A stretch of 61,813 bases of DNA, counting the filler, from Chiloscyllium plagiosum (lineage: Eukaryota), in assembly GCF_004010195.1 (NCBI RefSeq). It is 3 parts of one record of this genome, joined end to end, with 100 filler letters (N's around TTAATTAATTAA, not from the genome) between each part and the next. Parts side by side here need not be neighbours in the genome. Positions count along the whole stretch, not along the records: positions 27,242 to 53,014 come from NC_057713.1; positions 53,115 to 61,813 come from NC_057713.1; 1 more part is not named here. One strand, given 5' to 3'. Positions within the stretch are counted from its first letter, which is position 1; each line of letters begins with the position of its first letter. Positions 51,060 to 61,539 of this stretch are shown here, piece after piece. The translations under genes were made by a program, and so were the position numbers. A model generated the notes under the pieces. The model made no database searches. It saw only the letters and a list, made by a program, of their open reading frames with translations, and was not told where the DNA came from.

Positions 51060-53014
51060 GTATACCTGCATGATCCCATTTATCAGCACCTGCATGGTCC
51101 CAGTTATGTGCACTTGCATGGTCCCAGTTATGTGCACCAGCATGGTCCCGGGAATGTGCACCTGCTTGGTCCCAGTTATGTGCAGCTGCATGGTCCCAGT
51201 TATGTGCACCTGCATTGTCCCAGTTTTGTGCACCCGCATGGTCCCACTTATGTACACCTGCATAGTCCTAGTTATGTACACTTGCATAATCCCAGATATG
51301 TGCACCTGCATGGTCCCAGTTATGTGCACCTCCATGGTCGCAGATATGTGCACCTGCATGGTCCCAGATATGTGCTCCTGCTTGGACCCAGTTACATGCA
51401 CACCCATGGTCCCAGATATGTGCACCTGCATGGACCCAGTTATGTGCACCCGCATGGTCCCAGATATTTACACCTGCATGGTCCCAGATATGTGCACCTG
51501 CATTGTCCTAGTTATGTACACCCACATGGTCCCAGTTTTGTGCACCTGCATGGTCCCAGATATGTGCACCTGCATGGACCCAGTTACATGCACACCCATG
51601 GTCCCAGACATGTGCACCTGCATGGTCCCAGTTATGTACACCCACATGGTCCCAGTTTTGTGCACCTGCATGGACCCAGTTACATGCACACCCATGGTCC
51701 CAGACATGTGCACCTGCATGGTCCCAGTTATTTACACCCACATGGTGCCAGATTTGTACACTTGCATTTTCCCAATTATGTGCACCTGCATGGTCCCAGT
51801 CATGTACACCTGCATGGTCCCAGTTATGTGCACCCGCATGGTCCCTGTTATGTGCTCCCACGTGGTCCCAGTTATGTGCACCCCCATGGTCCCAGTTATG
51901 TGCACCTGCATGGTCCCAGTTTTGTGCACCTGCATGGTCCCAGTTATGTGCACCTGCATGGTCCCAGCTTTGTATACCTGCATGATCCCATTTATGTGCA
52001 CCTGCCTGGTCCCAGTTATGTGCACCTGCATGGTCCCGGGTATGTGCACCTGCTTGGTGCCAGATATGTGCACCTGCTTGGTCCCAGATATGTGCACCTC
52101 CATGGTCGCAGATATGTGCACCTGCATGGTCCCAGTTATGTGCACCTGCATGGTCCCTGTTATGTGCACTTGCATGGTCCCAGTTTTGTGTACCTGCATG
52201 GTCCCTGTTATGTGCACCTTCATGGTCACAGTTTTGTGCACCTGCATGGTCCCACTTATGTACACCTTCATGGTCCTAGTTATGTACACCTGCATGGTTC
52301 CTGTTATGTGCACCTGCATGGTACCAGTTAAGTGCAGCTGCATTGTCCCAGTTATTTACACCTGCATCATCCCAATTATATGCACCTGCATGCTCCCAGG
52401 TATGTGCACCAGCATAGTCCCAGATATGTGCACCTGCATGGTTCCAGTTATGTGCACCTGCTTCGTCTCAGTTACCTGCATCTGCATGGTTCCTGTTATG
52501 TGCATCTGCATGGTACCAGTTAAGTGCAGCTGCATGGTCCCAGTTATGTACACCTGCATGGACTCAATTATTTGCACCTGCATGGTCCCTGTTTTGTGCA
52601 CCTGCATGGTCCTATTCATGTACACCTGCACGATCCCATTTATTTTCACCTGCATGGTCTTAGTTATTTGCACCTGCATGGTCCCAGGTATGTGCACCTG
52701 TATGGTCCCAGTTATGTGCACTTGCATGGTCCCAGTTAAGTGTACCTGCATGGTCTCAGTTATGTGCACCTGCATGGTCCCAGTTATGTGCACCTTCATG
52801 ATCCTAGTTAAGGACACCTGCATGTTCCCAGTTATGGGCATCGGCATGGTCCCTGTTTTGTGCACCTGCATGGTCCCAGTTTTGTGAACCTGCATATTCC
52901 CAGTTATGAGAACCTGCATGCCCCCATTTTTGTGCACCTGCATATTCCCAGTTATGAGCACCTGTATGGTCCCAGTTTTGTGCACCTGCATGGTCCCAGT
53001 TTTGTGCACCTGCA
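51060..53014 (+). repeat. 24-bp satellite, block 4 (~81 units), runs into the gap
   Basis: (ATGTGCACCTGCATGGTCCCAGTT)n. Confidence 0.95.
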
Positions 53015-53113
53015 NNNNNNNNNNNNNNNNNNNNNNNNNNNNNNNNNNNNNNNNNNNNTTAATTAATTAANNNNNNNNNNNNNNNNNNNNNNNNNNNNNN
53101 NNNNNNNNNNNNN
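53015..53113. other. Artificial assembly linker
   Basis: N-run + TTAATTAATTAA (53059-53070) + N-run; abrupt change in base composition. Confidence 0.9.
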
Positions 53114-54214
53114 NGGGGGGGAGGGGAGGGTGTGTCAGAGGTGTCTCCTGCCTCTCGTCTCGGAGGGTGGTTCCCCACTCCCCTTGGGTCCGAGGGAGCT
53201 CCTCAGCAGGAACGTGCACACCCCACAGACAAGACTGCGCGCACGCACGCACACACACACACAGAGGCAGAGGCACACACACACCCACGAGACAGACACA
53301 CACACACCGAGACAGACACAGACAGACAGGCACATGCGCGGCCTCCCAGTTCCCTTCAGCTCGCTGCCTCCCTGGCTCCATTCTGGTCTCTGTTCTTCTG
53401 CGGCTGGCAGTCAGTCTGCGAGGCATCCTGCAGTTGAGCGACAGGAAGGAGCACATGGTGAGGTGGGTACAGCTGCCCCTTTTGGGGGTGGGTGCCAAGT
53501 GTGCCCCTGTCTCCCCCAACAACACCCCCCCAGTACCATCGTCGGGGGAGAGAGACGGCACGGAGCTGAATGTAAACACGGTGTTCCGATGGCTCTGCGC
53601 TCCCACTCCCCCCAACAGCGAGGCCAGTCCTTCCTGGTCCACACTGTCAATGGCAGCACTCTGGGTAAACACTAACATTCAGGAAGCAGATGTGAACAGT
53701 GCAGGCCAGAAAACAGGACTGCCCCCCCCACCCCCATGAGGGAGGGAAAACAATCCAGGGGGCACCAGAGTGTGGTGGGGGTGGGTGCGAGGGTCACGGC
53801 CAGTGGGACACGGTGATCAGGAGGACGCGTGTCGGCTTGCCTGTTCGGTCACGGACGGAACTGCAGGCTCTGGCTCGAGGCCCTGAAAGGATCTGGGAGC
53901 TCCCCGGGATCAGGAGAAGCCACAAAACAGGCTGGGCTGAAGGACACCCGCACAAGCCCGGCCAATGACTCCAGGGCCCGTGCTAGCCTGGTGAAGCTAG
54001 CTGTCTGGGAAATGCCCCATGAGTTACAGCTATCAGAATCCAGGGCAGGGTCAGGAAAACATGGTCAGTGGCGACAGGGTGAGCGGGAGCTGAGACAGTT
54101 CGAATGGGTAACCTCTCGGTGAGGTTTCAAACCCAGGTTAACTGATCACACAGGCCTGAACCCTCAACCAGACACAAACAGAGCCCTGGTGTTCCAGTGA
54201 CTGTGTGAACTCAC

Positions 54215-54451
54215 CTGGCTCAGCGCTCCTGCTGCCCGGGTGGTTACACGGCCAGGCTCACTGACTGAGCGCAGACTGCCTGATACAGAGCGCTGGCGAG
54301 AGCTCAGCTCACAGCTTTCCCGACGGAGCCCAGTCCTCCCTGACGGACCATCCAGGTCACCGGCTGAACGGTCCCCGGAACACCCAACAGTGGCATCCAA
54401 CAGTGGAGAGGGAGGGCACGGCAAGTCATCCCCGACCACGTCCAGGCAATC
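54215..54451 (-). CDS. KANSL2: KANSL2 coding exon 8 (237 bp; may instead read through to TGA at 54164)
   Basis: tggtag|GAT DCLDVVGDDLPCPPSPLL...ALSQ|gtgagt; resembles vertebrate DLDVVGDGMQCPPSPLL; phase 0. Confidence 0.75.
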
Positions 54452-55004
54452 CTACCAGAGAGGAGAGAACAGCACCCTGTTCACAGAGAGACCCAGGTAG
54501 GGGGGGCAGGAGAGGGAGAGAGCGCGCGTGCCTCTCCCTCCTTGACCCCCTCCCCTCCCTCTCTGACTCCCTCCTCTCCCCCATGTCTCTCCCTCCCTGA
54601 CCCCCTCCCTCCCCTTCGCTGTGTCTCTCCCTNNNNNNNNNNNNNNNNNNNNNNNNNNNNNNNNNNNNNNNNNNNNNNNNNNNNNNNNNNNNNNNNNNNN
54701 NNNNNNNNNNNNNNNNNNNNNNNNNNNNNNNNNNNNNNNNNNNNNNNNNNNNNNNNNNNNNNNNNNNNNNNNNNNNNNNNNNNNNNNNNNNNNNNNNNNN
54801 NNNNNNNNNNNNNNNNNNNNNNNNNNNNNNNNNNNNNNNNNNNNNNNNNNNNNNNNNNNNNNNNNNNNNNNNNNNNNNNNNNNNNNNNNNNNNNNNNNNN
54901 NNNNNNNNNNNNNNNNNNNNNNNNNNNNNNNNNNNNNNNNNCTCCCCTCCCCTCCACCTCGCTGACTCCCTCCCCCGTGTCTCTCCCTCCCTCCCCCGCG
55001 CTGT

Positions 55005-55212
55005 GCATGTTGCTCTCTGACGAACCGGCTTGCACAGACAGACCTTGAGAGCCGACAGACCACAGGGAGCAGGGGGAAGAGAGAGAGGCGGTGAGGGGGG
55101 GTGCTACACGCCAATCCCCCCCCCCCATTCCAGCCTCCCCCCTTCACGTTGCCCTCGGCGCCTGTCTGAAACCTGCGGCTACGGTGGAGCCGCCGGCCTT
55201 GATTCAGGGCCT
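55005..55212 (-). ncRNA. SNORA2: SNORA2-family H/ACA snoRNA with long hinge
   Basis: 5' hairpin GGCCCTGAATCAAG...GGTTTCAGACAGGCGCC and 3' hairpin GCTCCCTGTGGTCTGTCGGCT...AGCCGG..CAGAGAGCA, ACA box at 55010-55008; KANSL2 is the known SNORA2 host gene. Confidence 0.78.
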
Positions 55213-55244
55213 GCCACAGGGTCCCCGCGCCGAGGGTTACTCAC

Positions 55245-55498
55245 ATCGCTGAACTCCAGGGGCAGGATCTCGGTGGGTTGTAGCTCTGCCGCACTCAGGT
55301 ACATTTCCGAGGTGCCACCCAACTGCTGGGACGCCCAGTCTCCCCCAGCCTCCGGGCGGTACATCAGGGGGGGCACCTGGAGGTGCAGGGGACAGCGTGG
55401 TTCCTCAGACAGGCACAGCATCATCGGCTTGGCACAGGGCACCTCGCTCAGCCCTGGGCACACCTTGAACAGCACCTGGCCCGGGTCCTGCAGGATGT
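55245..55498 (-). CDS. KANSL2: KANSL2 coding exon 7 (254 bp)
   Basis: (H)ILQDPGQVLFKVC...CPLH...YLSAAELQPTEILPLEFSD|gtgagt; phase 1 to 0. Confidence 0.92.
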
Positions 55499-55732
55499 CT
55501 GGAGGGGGTCAGTGCCCGGGTCAAGGAGGGGGGATAACGCAACGGGGATGGGGGGGAAAGGGGCACCACAGCTCCCCACACCCACCTCTCTCCCAGCAAC
55601 TTCCCTCCCTCCCGCTCCCACTATGTCTCTTGTCTCACTTGCATCCCACCCCAGCTGCCCACATGCTGTCAGAGATTTCCTGCTCCACATTCCCCCCTCC
55701 CCCTGCGGGCGGACACTTGCGGAAAAGGATAC
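55499..55732 (-). other. U12-type (minor spliceosome) GT-AG intron of KANSL2
   Basis: 5' splice site GTATCCTTTT (55732-55723); branch site TCCTTGAC (55527-55520), 22 nt from the AG. Confidence 0.85.
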
Positions 55733-55835
55733 GGGACGTGCAGTGTCTGCTCATTGGGAGCGAGGGAGCAGAGCACCGGGCACCTTCAGTCACCACCGTA
55801 CACCTCTGGGCTGAGCGGAGAGAGGCCGCATGTAG
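55733..55835 (-). CDS. KANSL2: KANSL2 coding exon 6 (103 bp)
   Basis: tgcag|LHAASLRSAQRCTVVTEGARCSAPSLPMSRHCTS; second zinc-finger-like motif; phase 0 to 1. Confidence 0.9.
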
Positions 55836-56679
55836 CTGCAGAGGGGGAGGGAGGGAGAGAGACAGAGAGGGGGAGGGAGAGAGACAGTGAGCACGGGGGT
55901 AGGGGGAGGGAGAGAGAGAGACAGAGCGTGAAGGGGAGGTAGAGAGGGAGAGGGAGGGAGGGAGACAGACAGAGANNNNNNNNNNNNNNNNNNNNNNNNN
56001 NNNNNNNNNNNNNNNNNNNNNNNNNNNNNNNNNNNNNNNNNNNNNNNNNNNNNNNNNNNNNNNNNNNNNNNNNNNNNNNNNNNNNNNNNNNNNNNNNNNN
56101 NNNNNNNNNNNNNNNNNNNNNNNNNNNNNNNNNNNNNNNNNNNNNNNNNNNNNNNNNNNNNNNNNNNNNNNNNNNNNNNNNNNNNNNNNNNNNNNNNNNN
56201 NNNNNNNNNNNNNNNNNNNNNNNNNNNNNNNNNNNNNNNNNNNNNNNNNNNNNNNNNNNNNNNNNNNNNNNNNNNNNNNNNNNNNNNNNNNNNNNNNNNN
56301 NNNNNNNNNNNNNNNNNNNNNNNNNNNNNNNNNNNNNNNNNNNNNNNNNNNNNNNNNNNNNNNNNNNNNNNNNNNNNNNNNNNNNNNNNNNNNNNNNNNN
56401 NNNNNNNNNNNNNNNNNNNNNNNNNNNNNNNNNNNNNNNNNNNNNNNNNNNNNNNNNNNNNNNNNNNNNNNNNNNNNNNNNNNNNNNNNNNNNNNNNNNN
56501 NNNNNNNNNNNNNNNNNNNNNNNNNNNNNNNNNNNNNNNNNNNNNNNNNNNNNNNNNNNNNNNNNNNNNNNNNNNNNNNNNNNNNNNNNNNNNNNGGAGA
56601 GGGGGAGGGAGAGAGAGAGAGAGAGTTAGACAGATATAGAAAACCATCCCGCTTACAATCCAGGATTCCCTCTATTACA

Positions 56680-56928
56680 TGATTCGGAGATGCCGGTGTT
56701 GTACTGGGGTGGACAAAGTTAAAAATCACACAACACCAGGTTATAGTCCAACAGGTTTAGTTGGAAGCACACTAGCTTTAGGAGCGACGCTCCTTCATCA
56801 GGTGAGAGTGGAGGGCTCGATCGTTACCCTCCACTACCACCTGATGAAGGAGCGTCGCTCTGAAAGCTAGTGTGCTTCCAATTAAACCTGTTGGACTATA
56901 ACCTGGTGTTGTGTGATTTTTAACTTTG
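56680..56928. mobile_element. Fold-back Penelope pLTR pair in a KANSL2 intron
   Basis: Arms 56714-56815 and 56827-56928 are inverted copies with an 11-nt spacer; each arm has a hammerhead-like core. Confidence 0.8.
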
Positions 56929-57245
56929 AACTCCCCCTATTACAGCACTGACAGTCAATAGCGGAGCCTACCATCACACAGAGTTACTACAGAACTACAT
57001 TCCATTTCACATATGGAACCACACTTAGAGAGCGAGGGGGAGAGAGATAGGGACAGAGAGAGGGAGAGCTAAGAGTCAGAGAGGGGCAAGGTGGGGTAGG
57101 ACAGAGAGACGGGGGGGGAGGGAGGGGTCAAAGAGTGGACACAGCATACCCCCCGCGCAGAGAGACACACCCGAGCTCTCACTGACAGACACAGCAGCCC
57201 CCAGTGCACAGACTGACATAGCTCCCCTGCCCCCATCTCCATTAC

Positions 57246-57412
57246 CTGCTGTGCAGTCCCCTCTGTGGCCAGTAAGCGGCGCTCCTTCAGCTGCTGGTGC
57301 AGCAGTGCCTCTGCCCCGTAGCGCCTGCGGTAACGTCTCAGGGCCCTCAGCTTCTGCCGGTCAACACGGTCCCGGGTCGAGGGAGTGTCCGGCTCAGGCA
57401 GTAAGCCCCCAG
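57246..57412 (-). CDS. KANSL2: KANSL2 coding exon 5 (167 bp)
   Basis: LRRYRRRYGAEALLHQQLKERRLLATEGTAQQ|gtaatg; phase 1 to 0. Confidence 0.9.
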
Positions 57413-57555
57413 CTGGGCCCGACCATTCGAGAGACAGAGAGAGATACACAGTTATTAAATGACACTGCGGCTATGTAAGCGTCCTGGTCTGGGTGCTGCT
57501 TTCTGATCCAGTGATGGTGGGAGTTAATGCTGTCCCAGCCCCAGCCCGTGCTCAC

Positions 57556-57719
57556 CAAAGCCCTCGCGCTCCAATCTGCACGCCTGCAGGTAGTGTCTCT
57601 TCCTCTCCTTGAGCAGGTGCTGCAGGCGCCTGAACTGGTCAATGTAGAGGGACTGCAGGCGGATCAGCTTCTCCCGCATCACCAGGGCCACCTCCTCCGC
57701 TGTGTATACACCAGCATGT
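57556..57719 (-). CDS. KANSL2: KANSL2 coding exon 4 (164 bp)
   Basis: [38 protein letters not shown]; phase 2 to 1. Confidence 0.95.
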
Positions 57720-58394
57720 CTGCTCCAGACAGCACCGGGCCAGAGAGACACAGTCACGGGGGGGGGGGGGGGGGGGACACAGACACAGGGAGAGGGAGAG
57801 AGAGTCAGTTATCCACGTACACAGGTAGCTGGAAGGGGGGGGTTGCAGGGATGAGATAAAGCAAGCAAACTTCTCCTCAGTCCCACAGTGCTTCAGGGTG
57901 CTCAGAGAATGGGGGATGGGGGGGGGCACAGACACCTTTGTCTCCCCCGTGTCTGCCATCCCACCCCCCCACCCCCCCCCCCNNNNNNNNNNNNNNNNNN
58001 NNNNNNNNNNNNNNNNNNNNNNNNNNNNNNNNNNNNNNNNNNNNNNNNNNNNNNNNNNNNNNNNNNNNNNNNNNNNNNNNNNNNNNNNNNNNNNNNNNNN
58101 NNNNNNNNNNNNNNNNNNNNNNNNNNNNNNNNNNNNNNNNNNNNNNNNNNNNNNNNNNNNNNNNNNNNNNNNNNNNNNNNNNNNNNNNNNNNNNNNNNNN
58201 NNNNNNNNNNNNNNNNNNNNNNNNNNNNNNNNNNNNNNNNNNNNNNNNNNACCCCCTCCCTATCTCTGTGTGTGTCACCCCCTATGCCTCTCTCTCTCTC
58301 TCTGACCCGGTGGGGTTTGGGATACCGTGGGATGCTGCTCCTGTGACGTTGGTGCGCGGCGATGCCCCAGCCAGCCCCGTGCCCCCTCACTCAC

Positions 58395-58509
58395 TTCAGT
58401 GGGTCTTCCTGATCACTGTCGACGCTGTCTGCTTCACTGTCTGGCTCCCCGCGCCACGTCTGATCCAGCAGCACTGGGTCCGGCTCCCCCTCGCTCCAGC
58501 TGTCGTCAT
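58395..58509 (-). CDS. KANSL2: KANSL2 coding exon 3 (115 bp)
   Basis: DDDSWSEGE...[24 protein letters not shown]; phase 1 to 2. Confidence 0.95.
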
Positions 58510-58689
58510 CTGGGTCACACACACCAACGGTAAAGGCACATCCAGGTTCAGCGTTCACACCCATGCCCCCCATCCCCACCTGCTCCAACTAACGCTCCCC
58601 CTTCCCACCCTGTAACCCCGTGCAGTACCCGGTCAGCTTCAAATCCAAGAGCCTCAGTCTGGTCTTGGGAACGGATTCAAACCCCATCA

Positions 58690-59025
58690 CAGGACCGTGA
58701 ATCCCCTTCCCCCCCACCATCAACATCCTGGGGGTTACTGTCTCCAACAAGAGAGAGAGAGAATCTAACCATCGCCCCCTTGACGTTCAATGGCGTTACC
58801 GTCACTGAATCCCCCTTCCCTCCCCCAGTATCAACATCCTGGGGGTTCCCACTGAGCAGAAATTGAACTGGGACCCAGCCCCATATCAATCCTGTGGCTA
58901 CAGGAGCAGGTCAGAGGCTGGGAATCCTGCAGCGAGTAACTCCCCTCCTCACTCCCTCCCCCGAAGCCTGTCCCACCATCGACATGTCAGGAGGGTGAGG
59001 GAATACTCCCAGCTCGCCCGGACGA
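58690..59025 (+). mobile_element. Intronic LINE fragment with internal duplication
   Basis: GAATCCCCTTCC...ATCAACATCCTGGGGGTT occurs twice; similar to the reverse complement of 14240-14510. Confidence 0.55.
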
Positions 59026-59132
59026 TGGGGGGAGGGGGGAACGGAGCAGCCCCCTCTCCCTCCTCTGTATTTAGGGACGGTCCCATTACACCCCCCAGGG
59101 TAAGAAAGCCCCTCCCTCAGTGCCAGGCGTAC

Positions 59133-59311
59133 CGAGGATCCTGCTGGCTTCACTGCGGCTATGGTCCTGGGATGCTGCCTCTCCTTTCACGTAGCCGCTG
59201 AGCTGAGCGAGCAGTGCCTCAGGGGTTGGCCCCGTGCTGCTGCTGCCCCTGTGGGATGGCTGCTGGGCAGAGAGGATTGCCTTGCGAGCGTGCTCAGTGC
59301 AGTACGCCACC
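59133..59311 (-). CDS. KANSL2: KANSL2 coding exon 2 (179 bp)
   Basis: VAYCTEHARK...LLAQLSGY...SRSEASRIL; phase 2 to 1. Confidence 0.92.
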
Positions 59312-59636
59312 CTTGGTAAGGGGAAAAGGCAAAGGGTCAGGCTCCCGGCAAACACCACCACCTTCCCCGATCACCAGCACCCCCTCCCCCCCCCGCAACC
59401 CACCCATTCCTATATCCCCCCCCTGAGCGGGAGCATGAGACAATGAGGGCAACTGGGAGCAAGGGCACGAAAGAGTGGGAGAGCGAGCGAGTGGGCGCGA
59501 GAGCGAGGGGGGCGCGAGAGTGAGCATGAAGGGGTGAGCGAGAGGGGGTGTGAGAGCGCGTGGTCCGTGTTACACCTATCACACTGCACCAGCTCCCCGT
59601 TCCCACCGGCCAGTTGAACAGCAGGAGGCCACCTAC

Positions 59637-59887
59637 GCGTCCCTCTTGTCAGGTTTGGGAGCAGGCGCGGTGCACCTCCTGCCTGTCCTGGAAGAAACGT
59701 AGCTGCAGGGTTTGTACGGGGCGTTCTTGTCCTCCAGTATGTGCTTGAGGCAGTAGTCCTGGCCCTCCAGGCGGGGCTGTGAGCATGGCCGATGGGTGAA
59801 GGAACAGGCCTGGGGCTCCTGCAGCCTGGGCAGGGGCGTCAGGCGGCCCCTGTTTGTCGGTAGGACGTGGATCCGGATCCGGTTCAT
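59637..59887 (-). CDS. KANSL2: KANSL2 coding exon 1 (251 bp from ATG); KAT8 regulatory NSL complex subunit 2
   Basis: [15 protein letters not shown]...CSFTHRPC...[17 protein letters not shown]; acceptor 5 nt before the ATG, donor gtaggt; the eight exons sum to 1470 nt in frame. Confidence 0.97.
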
Positions 59888-60034
59888 CGTCCCTGCAGGG
59901 GAAGGGGAGAGGGAGATCAGGCACTGGGAGCTTAGATAACACCCTCCACATCCATCCCACCCCAATGCCAGTCTGAGGGGCATCGCCCGCTCAATGAGGC
60001 CTTCCAGAGTCTGGAGGCAAACCCACAGCCTCAC

Positions 60035-60090
60035 CTCCTCTGCTGTTCCGCGCTCCTCCTGCTGTTCCGTCTCCTCACTTCCTGCGGTTT
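60035..60090 (-). promoter_or_regulatory. Putative KANSL2 non-coding first exon and promoter
   Basis: ETS-type CAGGAAGTG (60084-60076), GGAACAGCAG twice, donor GAG|GTGAGG at 60035/60034. Confidence 0.5.
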
Positions 60091-60391
60091 GACCCCCCCC
60101 TTCTTTAATTTAGTCACAGACATCGAGAGGAACAGCACGCGAACAGAGCCTCTGGTCGAACCCGTCCGAGGCTGGAATCGAACTTGGGGTCCTGGTGCTG
60201 CGAGGCAGCGGCGCTAACCACTCAGCCACCGTATTGAATTGGACAGGGTTCGCAAGAGATTTACCAGGAAAGCTAGAGTTTGAGTAATAAGGAGGGGCTA
60301 GATAGGCCGGGAGTTTTTTTCCCCAACGGCATGGAGGTCACAGGGTGACCTTTATAAAACCATGAGGGATGCGGATAAGGTGTCATTTCCT

Positions 60392-60875
60392 AGGGTGGGG
60401 GGATCTCACAACAAAAGAGAGAGTTAAAGACCCACAAGGGGCAATTTTAGTTTTGTCCTTCCAGAGGACGCCATGGATTCAGGGACATTACAGCGTGTAA
60501 AATATGTACAGGGGGTACGTGGACAGGTAAGGGTTGGAGGGATGTGGGCCAGGGGCAGGCAGGTGGCACTGGTTTAGTTTGGGATTAGGGTCGCCATGGA
60601 CTGGTTGGACCGAAGGGGCTGACAGAATTCCTGGAGGGTGGGGGGATCTCACAACAAAAGAGAGAGTTAAAGACCCACAAGGGGCAATTTTAGTTTTGTA
60701 CTGCCAGAGGACGCCATGGATTCAGGGACATTACAGCGTGTTAAATATGTACATGGGGTACGTGTACAGGAAAGGGTTGGAGGGATGTGGGCCAGGGGCA
60801 GGCAGGTGGCACTGGTTTAGTTTGGGATTAGGGTCATCATGGACTGGTTGGACCGAAGGGGCTGACAGAATTCCT
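60392..60875 (+). repeat. 243-bp tandem duplication of a diverged CR1 3' end
   Basis: GATCTCACAACAAAAG at 60402 and 60645; the two copies are nearly identical. Confidence 0.85.
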
Positions 60876-61539
60876 GACGGCCATTCGGCCCACTGAACCC
60901 ACGCTGACCCCTGAAGAGCATCCCCATCCAGTCCCACCTGATCCCTGGCAGCCCGGAGAGAGTCAGGACTGCAGACGCTGGAAAGTCAGAGCCGAAAAGC
61001 ATGGTGCTGGAAAAGCACAGCGGGCCGCGCAGCACCCCAGGAGCAGGAGAGGCGACGTTTCCGGCGCATGTCTGAAACGTCGGCGCGCCCGCTCCTCAGA
61101 GGCTGCCTGAGCCGCTGTGCTTTCTCAGCGTCACGCGCTTCCACCCGAACCTGCACGTCCCTGGACTGTGGGAGGGGACCAGAGCACCTGGAGGAAAAAG
61201 TAGGAGAAAGCGAGGACTGCAGATGCTGGGGATCAGAGCTTAAGAATTCTCCTTCTCCTTTGATGCTGCCTGACCTGCTGCGCTTTTCCAGCAACACATT
61301 TTTAAGCTTTAACACCTGGAGGAAACCCACGCACACCGATGCGGGAAGACATGCGCCATCTCCACGCAGACCATCACCCGAAGCTGGAATTGAACCCTAG
61401 TGCCTGGCACCGTGAGGCAGCAGCGCATACAGGAGACAACCACTTCTAACCACCACACAATCTTGGTCTCTAGTGGCAATATCCCCCAACTCCAGAGTCC
61501 TGGGCTAATAAACAAATACTCCCAAATAAAACATCCCTG

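Noticed and set aside
45829..53014. E-box CACCTG in most satellite units as a transcription-factor array
   Set aside because: The motif is inherited from the RT codons and there is no evidence of binding
45429..53066. Long ORFs encoding His-, Cys- or Met-rich repeats (VHLHGPSY, MVPVMCTC, MQVHITGT, HAGAHNWD)
   Set aside because: The 24-bp unit has no stop in five of six frames, so long overlapping ORFs on both strands are expected; there is no unique domain or gene structure
53114..53660. Possible terminal KANSL2 exon starting tttacccag|AGTGCTGCC
   Set aside because: Phase-compatible acceptor, but no recognisable homology, and the frame runs through microsatellite into the gap without a natural stop; needs RNA-seq
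53830..54210. Additional snoRNA in the last KANSL2 intron (TGTGATCA...CTGA on the minus strand)
   Set aside because: C box imperfect, no terminal stem and no SNORA2 signature found by eye
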